From the NCBI RefSeq assembly GCF_963921235.1, contig NC_086108.1, positions 113,958,001 through 114,022,000 of the forward strand: DNA of 64,000 bases, written 5' to 3'. This DNA is from Mobula hypostoma. Lineage: Eukaryota. Under the pieces are notes generated by a model. It did not search any database. It worked only from the letters and a program-made list of their open reading frames with translations, and had not been told where the DNA came from. Shown in pieces: positions 27,207 to 38,823 of this stretch (its first letter is position 1; the number at the start of each line of letters is the position of its first letter). Both the position numbers and the translations under genes were made by a program.

Positions 27207-29687
27207 CTGCAAATCTTTTGCTTTCTCATATTTATCCATCTGTCCTTTGAACTCCCTGCACCACTTTCCCAGCAGTGCAGTCCAGCCACAACTACTTGCT
27301 GCGAGACAAGCAACGCACACAAAATGCTGTTCAGGCAGCAGGCATGGAATTTTTCTCACGGGTCACTTTAAGGTCTTTTACTCAAGCCTCCAGTTTCTGA
27401 CCCTTCGGCTAAGGGGAACAAGTTCTCTCAATCCTCTATTGAGACTTTGAGATTTACATAACATGCACAACCCCTTAACTGACTACCAGCTTCCATCTCC
27501 TTCTCCATAAAAAGACTGTTATTGGCTGTCTTTCCAGTTCTGACTCCATTCTGATTCAGTGTCTAATTTGCAACTTTCGCCTCCACTCCGCAGATACTGC
27601 TTGACCTGCTGAGTTCTCTCATTCTGGTTTAGTCTCTCATCAGGAAACTGTCCCTGCTTCTCTGATTTTTCCTTGTAGCTATAGTCATCATCCCAAGAAA
27701 TTTTACCATAAATCTCAGACCTCATAGAGCGATCGGCACTGGAAAGAGTGAGCAGCTTCAAGTTCCTGGAGGTCAACATGTCTGAAAATCTATCCTGAGT
27801 CCAACATATTGATGCAGCACACCACATACTTGTAAATTCCTACAGATGTACTATGGAGAACGCTCTGACTAGTTGCCTCACTGTCTGGTATGGAGACTCC
27901 AATGTGCAGGATCAAAATTGGCGACCGAGGATCGTAAACTCAGCCAGTTCCACCACAGGCACAACCCTCTCCAACATCGAGGACAACTTCAAAAGGCATT
28001 GCCTTAGGAAGATGGCATCCATCAATAAGGAAACTCACCAAATGGGACATGTCCTCTTCTTATTACTACCAATAAGAACAGAGGAGATTTACCAGGATGA
28101 TGCCTGGTTTAGAGAGTATGGATTATGATCAGAGATTAAGGGAGCTAGGGCTTTACTCTTTGGAGAGAAGAAGGATGAGAGGAGACATGATAGAGGTGTA
28201 CAAGATAATAAGAGGAATAGATAGAGTGGATAGCCAGCGCCTCTTCCCCAGGGCACCACTGCTCAATACAAGAGGACATGGCTTCAAGGTAAGGGGTGGG
28301 AAGTTCAAGGGGGATATTAAAGGAAGGTTTTTTACTCAGAGAGTGGTTGGTGCGTGGAATGCACTGCCTGAGTCAGTGGTGTAGGCAGATACACTAGTGA
28401 AATTTAAGAGACTACTAGACAGGTATATGGAGGAATTTAAGGTGGGGGGTTATATGGGACGCAGGGTTTGAGGGGCAGCACAACATCGTGGGCCGAAGGG
28501 CCTGTAATGTGCTGTACTATTCTATGTTCTATGTAATAAAGGAGACACAGGAGCGTGAAGCTGCATACTCAGTGCTTCTCCACCATATTTCTGAATGGTC
28601 CCTGACAGTACCTCGCTATCACTCTTTTACACTGTTTATTTTTTGTAACTTACAGCAAATTTTATACACAGTTGCCACAAACAACAAATTCATGATATAT
28701 GCCACTGACGACCAACCTGATTCTGATCTTTTCAGGATTCACTTTAATGTCCTTCCTATAATACAGTGCATTAGGGTTAGGGTTAGGTACAGATGGCTGA
28801 GTGGAGATACCTCTCTACCAAATTAAGTGTAAGGCCTCCTTCCCTGCAGGTTATCCTTAGGCAAGGTGTAGTACTTGCTTAGCCCCCCCACGATCAGAGT
28901 CACGTGAAGCTATGGGAGCAGCCGGTGCATATCACAAGTCCTGGTTATGAAACCACAGATGCCAGATAGACAATCTCTGAAGAGTATTGATAACGGCTGG
29001 GGTCACCCCTCTTGTAGAGACACTGCCCAGAAGAAATCACAATCATGGTCAAACACAATGATAACCCAGGTTATATGATGATGTATCATCCATGCACGTA
29101 ATAATGATGATAATATGTTGACCTGAATTGAACACAATGCTCCCACTGAGACAAGATTTCTTTTTCAAAAATAATGCACTCCTTTTGAAGGTGTCCTTGC
29201 TGCTGGGAAGGCTCGTGGTTATGATAGAGCTGGCCAAGTTTACAACTTTCTGCAGCTCTTTCTGATCCTGTGCAGTGGCCTCTCTGAACCAGACAGTGAC
29301 GCAACCAGTTAGAATGCTCTCCACAGTACATGGCGAGCAATGGCAGGCTGAATGAATCACAGAGTCACAGAGGAACACAGCCTGGAAACAGGCCGTTCGC
29401 CCAAACTGATCCATGCTGGCCTCAGCATCCTCATTCCAGCTGCAATCATATTTAACAATCACAAAGAAAACCAAATTACTGCTGCTCTAAAGCAAATATG
29501 ACTTGTTAAACAGCCAAACGACAGCTGACAGGAAAATAAATCTGAAACAGAACTACATTCGGGGAAATAAGTAAGCCAGGCACAAGCTCAATTCTAATCC
29601 TGATACACCATCAGACCACAACAAAGCATATCATTGCACAGTTTGGACACGATGATTTAACAGCTATTCTGCTGGGAGGAGACTTAC

Positions 29688-29885
29688 CTGCACAGCACTG
29701 AGGGTATAGAGAAGGTGAGGATCGTGACCTATACTGGCTCCAACTCCACCACAGTCATGTTGACATGACTTAACGAACTGCAGAATTTCTTCTTTGTTCA
29801 TTCTGTGCAGTTGGCCCATGAGGTCCATAACCGTCAGACCCCAGTAGATCCCACTCATTCGCAGGTACTCAGACATACAGTATTC
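29688..29885 (-). CDS. RABGGTB: RABGGTB coding exon 3, 198 nt, [66 protein letters not shown]
   Basis: Overlaps ORF 29664..29876. Boundaries are gttgctag|GAATAC and CAG|gtaagt. Prenyltransferase-repeat sequence characteristic of RABGGTB. Confidence 0.97.
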
Positions 29886-29916
29886 CTAGCAACAACAGAG
29901 GAAATGTTCGTGGTTA

Positions 29917-30345
29917 ACACACACAAAATGCTGGAGGAACTCAGCAGGTCAGGCAACATCTATGGAGGGGAATAAACAGTTGATGCTTTGGGCCGAGACT
30001 CTTCATCAGAACCTGAAAGGAAGGGGGAAGATGCTGGAATAAGAAGATGGGGAGGAGGGAAAGGAGGACAAAGCTAGAAGGTGACAGGTGAAGCCAGGTG
30101 GTCAGGGGAGAGGGTTGATAAAGTAAGAAGCTGGGAGGTGATAAGTGGAAAACGTAAAGAGCTGAAGAAGGAATCTGATTGGAGAGAAAAGATAGAAGAG
30201 ATGGACTAGGGAAAAAAGGGGAGCTTGAGGGGCACCAGAGGAAGGTGATAGGCAGGTGAAGAGAAGAGGTAGGAGGTCAAAATGGGGAAATGAAGGAGGA
30301 AGGGGAAGAAAAAAAATCCGCAAGTTGGAGAAATCAATGTTTCTC
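29917..30345 (-). mobile_element. Penelope-like element 3' end (pyrimidine-rich UTR plus degenerate hammerhead region)
   Basis: Similar to 58760-59175. Minus strand has CTGATGAAGAGTCTCGGCCCAAAGCATC then GTTGCCTGACCTGCTGAGTTCCTCCAGCA. Confidence 0.75.
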
Positions 30346-32041
30346 AAAAGCGTTCATGGTCACTGACTTCCCAAGACAGAAACAGTAGAAAAAATGTGTC
30401 TCCGCACAGCAGTTAGCGTGACTGACTGAGCTCCAGTAACCCAGATTTGATCCTGATCTCCGATGCTGTCTGTGTGGAGTTTGTGGGCTCTCCCTGTGAT
30501 CACACTAGTTTCCCCTGGGTGCTCTGGTTTCATCCCAAGTCCAGTGGTTAGTTGGCTGATGCAATGAGGCTCTCCATTGATTGGGGTTGATTGTGGATAT
30601 TATGTTCTGGCTGTCTGAGTGATCTCCCAAACCAGGGCAGTACAATATGGAGAGCTATCTGTTCCCCATGTAGCAGGCTCCCCCTCTCCATGCAGTTGAT
30701 GAATCCAAGGGAATGGCAGAGACCAATACAGTTTGGCTCCAGTTGTGTCACAGCCGTTGCAAGTCAGTGCTGTACTTATTGTACTCTTGCCTTAGAGACC
30801 CAGTTCCGGTATTTTCCTCAGAGTTTATTCTTGAAGCCTTCCCTGAGAGTGGGTATAGCTGAAAGGCAGTGGAAGTTTGAGATCAGAGTTTTCCTTCTCC
30901 TAGATGAGCTGCCAACCACGGTTCATAAGCCCTATTTGCCTGATGCGACTGGTTTTAAGGCCCCAATAACTCATCTTTGCCCCTTCTCCTGTTAGTAGAA
31001 ATGATTCTGCCGGGCTTAGTTGCTAAGCCACACATGAAGGCCAGGAGCTGTGCTTGGTTGTCAGAGGCTATTTGAGGCACACACCGTTGGGAGCATTTAA
31101 TAGGTTTAGCGTTAAAGACAAGATCACTAGACTTAATGATAATAATAATTTTCCTAAGTAGTAAAATTTGTAGAGTCTGGATCAGCTTGAATACTGCGAC
31201 AGTTTGCAACCTTGATTTCTTCCTATCACAAAGGTCTAATTAAAAAGCCTTCCTGTTGTTTATTTTGCCACTTTTTGAGAAGTGCCAATGTTACCTTGGC
31301 TGAAAGGCCTGAATGGACACCACCTTAAGGATCAATCTGTTGTATCTACTTGTCACTCATTTCACAGTGACATTGATATATTACTGCCTTTTCATTTTTG
31401 ATGATTGGTGCATGGTGTAAAGGCTGTACAAACAGAAATGTAGCTCTTAATCTGCACGGTTATAGAATCATGTAATGCACAGGAGTCCATTTGGCCTAAC
31501 AAGCATGGCTTTAGGGTGAAAGGGGAAAACTTTAGGGGGAACTTTTTCACTCAGAGAGTGGTGGGAGTGTGGAACAAGCTACCATCTGATGTGGTAAATG
31601 CAGGCTCACTCTTAAGTTTTAAGAATAAATTGGATAGATACATGGATGGGAGAGGTCTTCAGGGTTATGGACTGGGTGCAGGCCAATGGGACTAGCGGAA
31701 TAAAGTTTCGGCACAGACTAGAAGGGCCAAATGGCCTGTTTTCTGTGCTGTAGTGTTCTATGGTCCTATTCTTCAACCTTTTGAATCTTCCAACACTTAT
31801 GTGAGGGTCTTGTTGATGGATTTTAGCTCCACCTTCAACACTACTGCTTCGGAGTTCCCCATAACAAGCTAACCCAGCTAACTATACCTTACAGTATCTG
31901 TCAGTGGATTACAAACTTCCTGACAGGAAGGAAACTGTGTGTAAGACAGGGCTCCTACTTGTCCAATGGATATAAGCATAGGCTCTCCACAGGGCTGTGT
32001 TCTTTCACCCCCTCCTATTCTCACTTTATACAAATAACTGT

Positions 32042-32248
32042 TTATTGTTGTTCAGTCATTGAGTTGAGTCTGACTCTTCATAACATCATGGACCATAGGG
32101 TCCATAGGGCTTTCCTAGCAAGATACAGAAGTAGATCGCCAGGCCTTTCTTCCGCGCAGCTACTGTTGCTGCCCAGGTTGAGACCCGACTGGGGTTGACC
32201 TCAGGACCATCTGCCTTGAAGTCCAGCGCCGATGCCACTACACAAGCT
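32042..32248 (-). mobile_element. tRNA-headed SINE with a BovB/RTE-like tail
   Basis: Head GTGTAGTGG...GGACTTCAAGGC...GGTCAACCCC. Tail GTCCATGATGTTATGAAGAGTCAGACTCAACTCAATGACTGAACAACAA. 13-bp TSD TACAAAYAACTGT (32029-32041, 32249-32261). Confidence 0.7.
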
Positions 32249-33332
32249 TACAAACAACTGTACCTCCACAAATAAATCCACTAAAATCCTAAAATTCACG
32301 GGTGACACGACTGTAGTTGGTTGACCTGCTATCAAAGAGAGGTAAACCATTTTGTAGCCTGGTGTGCTTGTAACAACTTGGAGCTTAATGCTATCAAGAC
32401 AGTGGAAATGAGGATTGACAACCACAACCTGTCCTCTCTCAGAAATTAACAGTCAGGCTGTGTCTGTGGTTGAGTCATTCAAATTCCTGGGGACGACCAT
32501 TACCAATACATTGAAGTTGAACAAGCACGGTCATCACCAGGAAGTCCCAGCAGAGATTGCTCTTCCTATGCCAGCTAAAGAAAACCTAACATTTCAGAGT
32601 GTATCCTGATGAATTTTCATTCAGCCATCACTGAAAATGTTGTTACCACCTTATCACTCTCTGGCTTTCCACCAAATCAAATCAGCAAAAAAATGGTGCT
32701 AGGGAGCACAACTTACTAACCCTAACCTGTACATCATTGGAATGTAGGAGGAAACCAGAGCACTCAGAGAAAACCCATGTAACCCTAGGTGACAAGAAAA
32801 TTTGTCAAAAGTTGATAAATGAAATGCATAAAATATCAGAGTCTGTTGTGATAATTTCAAAGCATTGACTAAAGAATGATTATGTCAGAGACCTTTCGCC
32901 CCATCCCATCCTCCTTAACAGGACACAGACAGTCCCAGTTCCTGGCTCCTCTCCGCATGGCTGCATGAGTTACCATTAAACAAAATGCTTGATTTTAGTA
33001 AACAGCTGCATAAAACTTTGGTCAATATTTTGCACAGTCTTGGCCAAACTTTACAGGAAGGATGTGGAGACATTGGAGAAGGTGTACGGAAGGTTCACCA
33101 GGATGTTGCCTGGATTAGAAAACATGCACAATAAGGAGAGGTTGAACAATTTTGGATATTTTCCTCTGAACCGTCAATATAAGTTTATAACATTATGAGA
33201 CTCAGAGATAGGATAATCAAGAGTCTTCCAGGGTGGAAATGTCAAATACTAGAGGGCATAGATTTAAGTTTAAAGATTTACAGGACAAATTTATTTCTGA
33301 TGCAGTGGTAGGTGCCTGGAAAATGCCACAGG

Positions 33333-33884
33333 GTACCGTGCACAATTCTGATTTGATGGAGACAGGCGTGAGAAGGTACAGAGGAACATCTGGAAATTTC
33401 TGAAATGTCCGGTTCGCTGCCGCTGCTACTGTGCGATCGAGAATCTCCGGAGGGAAGGACCCAAAATCCCCGGCTTTGCCTGATGCTGGCGACCGAAGCT
33501 GAGGTCGAACCGTTCGGCAGAGATGGCACTCGGTACTCGGTGTCGGAGAGCTGATCGGAGCTCGAAGTTTTCGGACGACTCAGAGTCGGACTGTGGTCGG
33601 GCATGGCAGGGAGAGTTTTCTTCCTTCTCCCGTCTGCATGAGATGTGGGACTTTCGAGAGACTTTGAACTTTTTTACTGTGCCTGGCCTGTTCTTCATCA
33701 AGTTATGGTATTATTGCACTGTTGTAACTATATTATAATTATGTGGTTTTCGTTAGTTTTTCAGTCTTGGTCTGTCCTGTGTTTCTGTGATATCACACCT
33801 GAGAAATATTGTATCATTTCTTAATGCATGCATTACTAAATGACAATAAAAAAGGACTGCGTGTCCTCATAATCTAATCTAATC
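33333..33884 (+). mobile_element. Non-coding CpG-rich retroposon, 5'-truncated copy, inserted in a CR1 fragment
   Basis: AATAAA and an (AATCT)n tail. Homologous to 34720-35380 in the opposite orientation. Confidence 0.7.
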
Positions 33885-34719
33885 TAGTGGAAGTAGATAT
33901 AACAATGTTTAAGGGGCATTTGGACAGGCACATGATCAGGCAAGGAACTGAAGGGTATGGACCACATACAGACAGATGGGTTTAGTTTAAGTGTACATCA
34001 TGGTTAGCACAGATATGTTGGGCTGAAGGGCCTGCTCCTATGCTGCATTGTTCTATGTTCTATGTTCTATTCTCAAGGCGTGAATCCAAAACCCCTTTCT
34101 AAGATAAACGTCAAGTGGTGTTGGAGAGCTGTGTTCTGGAAAACTGCCATCATGTGGGAGAGGCACCCCCATCGCCTTACTCTAGATAAGATAGAAGGAG
34201 GAAAGTTGTTTCCATTGGTAGGGGACATTGCCTCAAGGTTCAGGGGAGAAGATTTAGGACAGAGCTGAGAAGAAACTGTTTTTCCCCAGAGAGTGGTGAA
34301 TCTGTGGAATTCTCTGCCCAGGGAAGCAGTTGAGGCTTCTTCACTAAATATATTTAAGATACAGTTAGATAGATTTTTACATAGTAAGGGAATTAAGGGT
34401 TATGGGGAAAAGGCAGGTAGATGGAGCTGAGTTTATGGACAGATCAGCCATGATCTTATTGAATGGTGGGGCAGGCTCGATGGGCCGGATGGCTGACTCC
34501 TGCTCCTATTTCTTATGTTCACATCACTAGGGAGGGATTCCAACAGGTCACATTGGAAGAACAGCCTATATATCCGCTACCAAATAACATGCAGTGGAGT
34601 ACGGCTGTATCCTAAACACCTACCCAATCATCACTCTATCTACAGCAGTAAGCTCCACTGCGACTCCTCCCAAATTCCTTCCCCACTCATCATTTCTATC
34701 TAAAGCAGTAAACCTCACT

Positions 34720-35380
34720 ATTAGATTAGATTATGAGAACACTCAGTCTTCTTTTATTGTCATTTAGAAATGCATTAAGAAATGATACGTTTCTCCGGAG
34801 TGATATCACAGAAAACAGGACAAACCAAAGACTAACATTGACAGAACCATATAATTATAACATATAGTTACAGCAGTGCAAAACAATACCATAATTTGAT
34901 AAAGAACAGACCACGGGCACGGTAAAAAGTCTCAAGTCCCGATCGACTCCTGAGTCCCAGATAGCAGGCGGCAAAAGGGAGAAACTCCCTGCCATAAACC
35001 TCCAAGGCACCGACAACTGCCGATGCCTTGGAAGCAGCCTGACCACAGCCAACACCGAGTCCATCCATCCGAAAACTTCGAGCCTCCGACCAGCCCCTCC
35101 GATACAGCCTCCCGAGTGCCATCAACCTCGCCCCGGGTGCCGAAGCAAGCAAAGCCGAGGATTCGGGGCCTTCTCCTCCAGAGATTCCAGTTACCACACA
35201 GTAGCAGCGGTAGCGAAGCGGGCATTTCAGAAGTTTCTCCAGATGTTCCTCCGTACTCTCACGTCTGTCTCCATCAAATCAGAATCGTGCCCGATCCCCT
35301 ACTTGACAGATTACAGATATTATTCACCAGAGAGGCCGCGCGTGCTGTATCGCGCCGCCATCTTCTCCTCCTCCTCCTCC
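34720..35380 (-). mobile_element. Non-coding CpG-rich retroposon, apparently complete (~660 bp)
   Basis: 5' end (GAG)n-AAGATGGCGGCG, 3' end AATAAA plus (AATCT)n. Interrupts a 60-bp minisatellite. Confidence 0.7.
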
Positions 35381-35604
35381 TCTGTGTCTGTTTCATAAAC
35401 TCCTACCCCACTCATCATTCTATTTAGAGCAGGAAACTTCACTGTGACTGTTCCCCAAATTCCTGCCCCACTCATCATTCTACCTAGAGCAGTAAACTCC
35501 ACTACGTTTGTTTCCCAATCTCCCACCCCACTCATTATTCTATCTAGAGCAGTAAACTCCACTGTGACTCTTTCCCAATCTCCTTCCCCACTCGTCATTT
35601 CTAT

Positions 35605-36495
35605 TGTTACATACCTCGTGGCATCTTGTGACTGTCATATGACCATGATGTAATTGACTATCTTGTGAGCATGATGTAATTATCTTGTGATGGTGGGGTG
35701 ATGTAATTTTCCCGCCAGTGTGAGGTCACGTGATGACATGTTCCCAACAAGTATATCAAGGGAAACTCCTGTTGTTACGCAGTTTTAATTCGTCAGTTAC
35801 ACCGTTATGCTGTGCACTCGTTTCATGACGCAGTTTCGTCTTAAGGTGGAGTTTTACTTTCTATTGTAAGGTAAAAACATTGTGCCGGCAGTTTCGCCAA
35901 TCGCTGCCAGGTTTTGTTTGTTGCACCTTTGATTTACCTTTACAGTCTAGTATTGGAGAGTGAAGACCTTACCAAAGTATGGGAACCTGAAGGATTGAGT
36001 AAAGTTGATGTCATTTGGCGGCTTTATAAAGGATCGACCTTACTGAATCTTCGTTCAGGAACATGGCCTGCATCTGAGATAACCCCTGCAAGATCAGGAA
36101 GGTTTGTGCAGTGTTCACCCTCCAGGAAAAAGGTCAGTTCCTTTAAGCTGTTTTATTTCCTTCGTCGTGAATCCTTTGGACAAGGCACGTCTCAGCTGGG
36201 ATCAGCAGTAACGTCACGTCTTCAAAGAAATCCGTTCTCAGGGAAGTCTCTCCTTACTGACTGTATAAATCACTTGGACTTTCGAATTTACCACTTTAAG
36301 CCTGTGTTTGAATTTACCACTTTAAGAACTATTCCACAGTTCGATTGTTTGTTAAATTCCCGTATAGCAGTTAACTTCCCGTTAAGTTCGTCATTTGTTT
36401 ACTTTTCACTAGTGTTGAGCAGAGTTTAATAAATGTTTATGTTTGTTTATAAAACCTGACTCAATTATGTATTCATTGTTGCTGATGACGTAACA
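35605..36495 (+). mobile_element. Solo LTR (891 bp), probably Gypsy-type
   Basis: TGTTAC...GTAACA termini, perfect 4-bp TSD CTAT (35601-35604, 36496-36499), AATAAA at 36428. Confidence 0.85.
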
Positions 36496-38459
36496 CTATC
36501 TAGAGTAGTAAACTCCAATGTGACTGTTTCCCAAACTCCTACCCCACTCGCCATTTCTATCTACAGCAGTAAACTCCACTGCGCCTGTTTCCCAATCTCC
36601 TAACCCACTCGTCATTCTATCTAAATCAGTAAACTCCACCTTGAATATTTCCCGAACTCCTACCCAGTCATCATCCTATCTAAAACAATAAGGCTAACCT
36701 ACTACTCCCTACACACTAACCTACTGCTAACCGGCACTGCTTAAAATGTAACCGCCCACACTTCAGCATTGTTGAATGTAAAGAATATGTCCATTTACAC
36801 TTATGGCACATCAACCTTTCGGGAGCTAAGGTTGAATGCACTAATTTTCTGTTGTTTGTTCTGCAGTTATAGTCCTCAAATTTTACAATCATTTTGTGTC
36901 AGCATGCAGCATTTTTAATTGTCTTTAGCAGTCCAATAGAGTCTTAGAACATTACACCACAAAAACAGATCCTTCAGCACATCTCGTCTGTGCCAAACTA
37001 TTAATCTGACTAGTCCCACTGACCTGCACCTGGGACCATAGCTTTCTATACCCCTTCCATTGACATACGTATCCAAACTTCAGATTCAAAGTACATTTAT
37101 TCTCAAAGTATGTATGCAGTATACACCGAGATTTGTCTTCCCACAAAGAAACACCATAGAGCCCGCTCAAAGAAAACATCAACTTCCCGTCAACGTTGCC
37201 ATCAAACCTGCATCCAGCACTTGCGCTAGCAACTCATTCCATACTCTCACCACCCTCTGAATGAAGTTCTTCTTCATGTTCCCCTTACACATTCACTCTT
37301 AACCCAAAATCTCTCATTGTAGTCCCACCCAAACTCAGTGGAAAAAGCCTGCCTACATTAACCCTACTTATATCCCTCATAATTTTGTATACCACTATCA
37401 AATCTCCCTTCATTCTCCTCTGCTACAGGGAATAAAGTCCTAACCAATTCAACCTTTCCTGATAACTCAGGTCCTCAAGCCCTGGCAACATCCTGGAAAT
37501 CTGAATGTGTAATCCACATAACATTTATAACTTCTGCCTAAAGGTCAGGGGTTCATCTAATTGAGTGGAAGAGGATTAAAGGTGTAGAGAACAAATTCTT
37601 CTAGACAGTCTAGAATGGACTGGTGGGATGTGGAGCAGTTGGGGGAAGGGGAGAGTAGCAGAATGTTAGAACTCAGCTGTTCAAAGAGAACAACAATCAT
37701 TTCCTCATACAAAGGTGAATGGCAATTTGGAGCCTTCGATCTGTTCAGGCTGGGAATTGCCTGAATAATTAAAAATAAGGTTGACAGGTTTTGTTAGGCA
37801 CATTGTGGTACATAAAACCATGAGGGTTTCTGCCTCAGAGACTGGTGGAAGCAAAGTTGACGATGTTGGACAAATACTTTAATTGTCTCAGCTTCTAAGG
37901 CTCTGAATAAGCGCTGAAAAATGGGACTAATATGAATGGGTGCCCACTGGTCGGCATGGGAATGGTGGGCCTAATGACCTGCTTCCACAATGCATGGACC
38001 TGTGAAAGAGTCAGAGTACAAGCTGGGAGAGTCAAGACATCCACAACAGAATAACATGCGCAGACTGCTACCAGTAGAGTAGGACCAGAGGGCAGTGAAG
38101 GATGCCCATTTAGAACAGAGATTAGGAGAAATTTCCTTAGCCAGAGGTTGGCGAGTCTGCAGAATTCATTGCCAAAGATGGCTGAGGAGGTCAAGACATT
38201 GAGTACATTTAAAGTGGAGGTTAATAGGTTCTCGGTTAGTTTGCGTGTCAAAGGTTACAGGGAGAGGGCAGGAGAACTGGGTTGAGAGCGATAAAAAAAA
38301 TCACCCATGATGGAAAAGCAGAGCAGACTTGATGGGCTGAATGGTCTAATTCTGTTCCTATGTCTTCTGGCCTTATAAGCCATGATCTAATGGATTGATG
38401 GAAACCGTTTGAGTAGCTCAACAGTTCGTCATTCTAAAAGACTCTATTTTTGTACCTAC

Positions 38460-38567
38460 GTAATCATCCTTCTTTGATCCATATGAGGCGATGTAATCAG
38501 AATGTTTATCGAGTAACAGAAACGTGGGAGCATCGGGTTTGAGAATCACGTCTTTCACTGGCGTACC
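38460..38567 (-). CDS. RABGGTB: RABGGTB coding exon (exon 2 by human numbering), 108 nt, [36 protein letters not shown]
   Basis: Minus strand reads ttttctcctgcag|GGTACG...GATTAC|gtaggt. The translation matches the N-terminus of vertebrate RABGGTB. Phase 0/0, in frame with the next exon. Confidence 0.96.
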
Positions 38568-38672
38568 CTGCAGGAGAAAAAGTTAATCAGAAGTCTTTTA
38601 AAAAAAAACAAAATATGCACACAACATGCAATTCAGAGGGGTACTGACAGCACCCAATTACAGTTGTACCCT

Positions 38673-38823
38673 CACAACACACTGGAGGAACTTAGCAGGT
38701 CAGGCAGCATCCGTGGAAACGATCAGTCAACGTTGCCACAGATGCTGCCCGACATGCTGAGTTCCTCCAGCATGTTGTGAGTGTTGCTTTGACCCCAGCA
38801 CCTGCAAAGTATTTTGTGTTTAA
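38673..38823. mobile_element. Fold-back Penelope-type terminal fragment
   Basis: Inverted arms CTGGAGGAACTTAGCAGGTCAGGCAGCATC / GATGCTGCCCGACATGCTGAGTTCCTCCAG, flanked by a duplicated AGTTGTACCCT. Confidence 0.7.

Larger units (their letters stand above)
34590..36690. repeat. 60-bp minisatellite in three blocks (~34590-34719, ~35381-35604, ~36496-36690) split by two insertions
   Basis: Unit approximately CTCCTACCCCACTCATCATTCTATCTAGAGCAGTAAACTCCACTGTGACTGTTTCCCAAA. The register continues across both insertions. Confidence 0.88.

Noticed and set aside
29664..29876. Stand-alone 70-aa ORF
   Set aside because: It is an internal RABGGTB exon read past its splice donor. The true exon is 29688-29885.
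35320..35598. ORF with 20-aa repeats
   Set aside because: By-product of the 60-bp minisatellite, with no splice or homology support.
35914..36429. 171-aa ORF
   Set aside because: Lies within a solo LTR, starts at a non-ATG codon and shows no recognisable domain.
34590..36690. CRISPR-like array
   Set aside because: Units are contiguous diverged tandem repeats without unique spacers, in vertebrate intronic context, with no cas genes.
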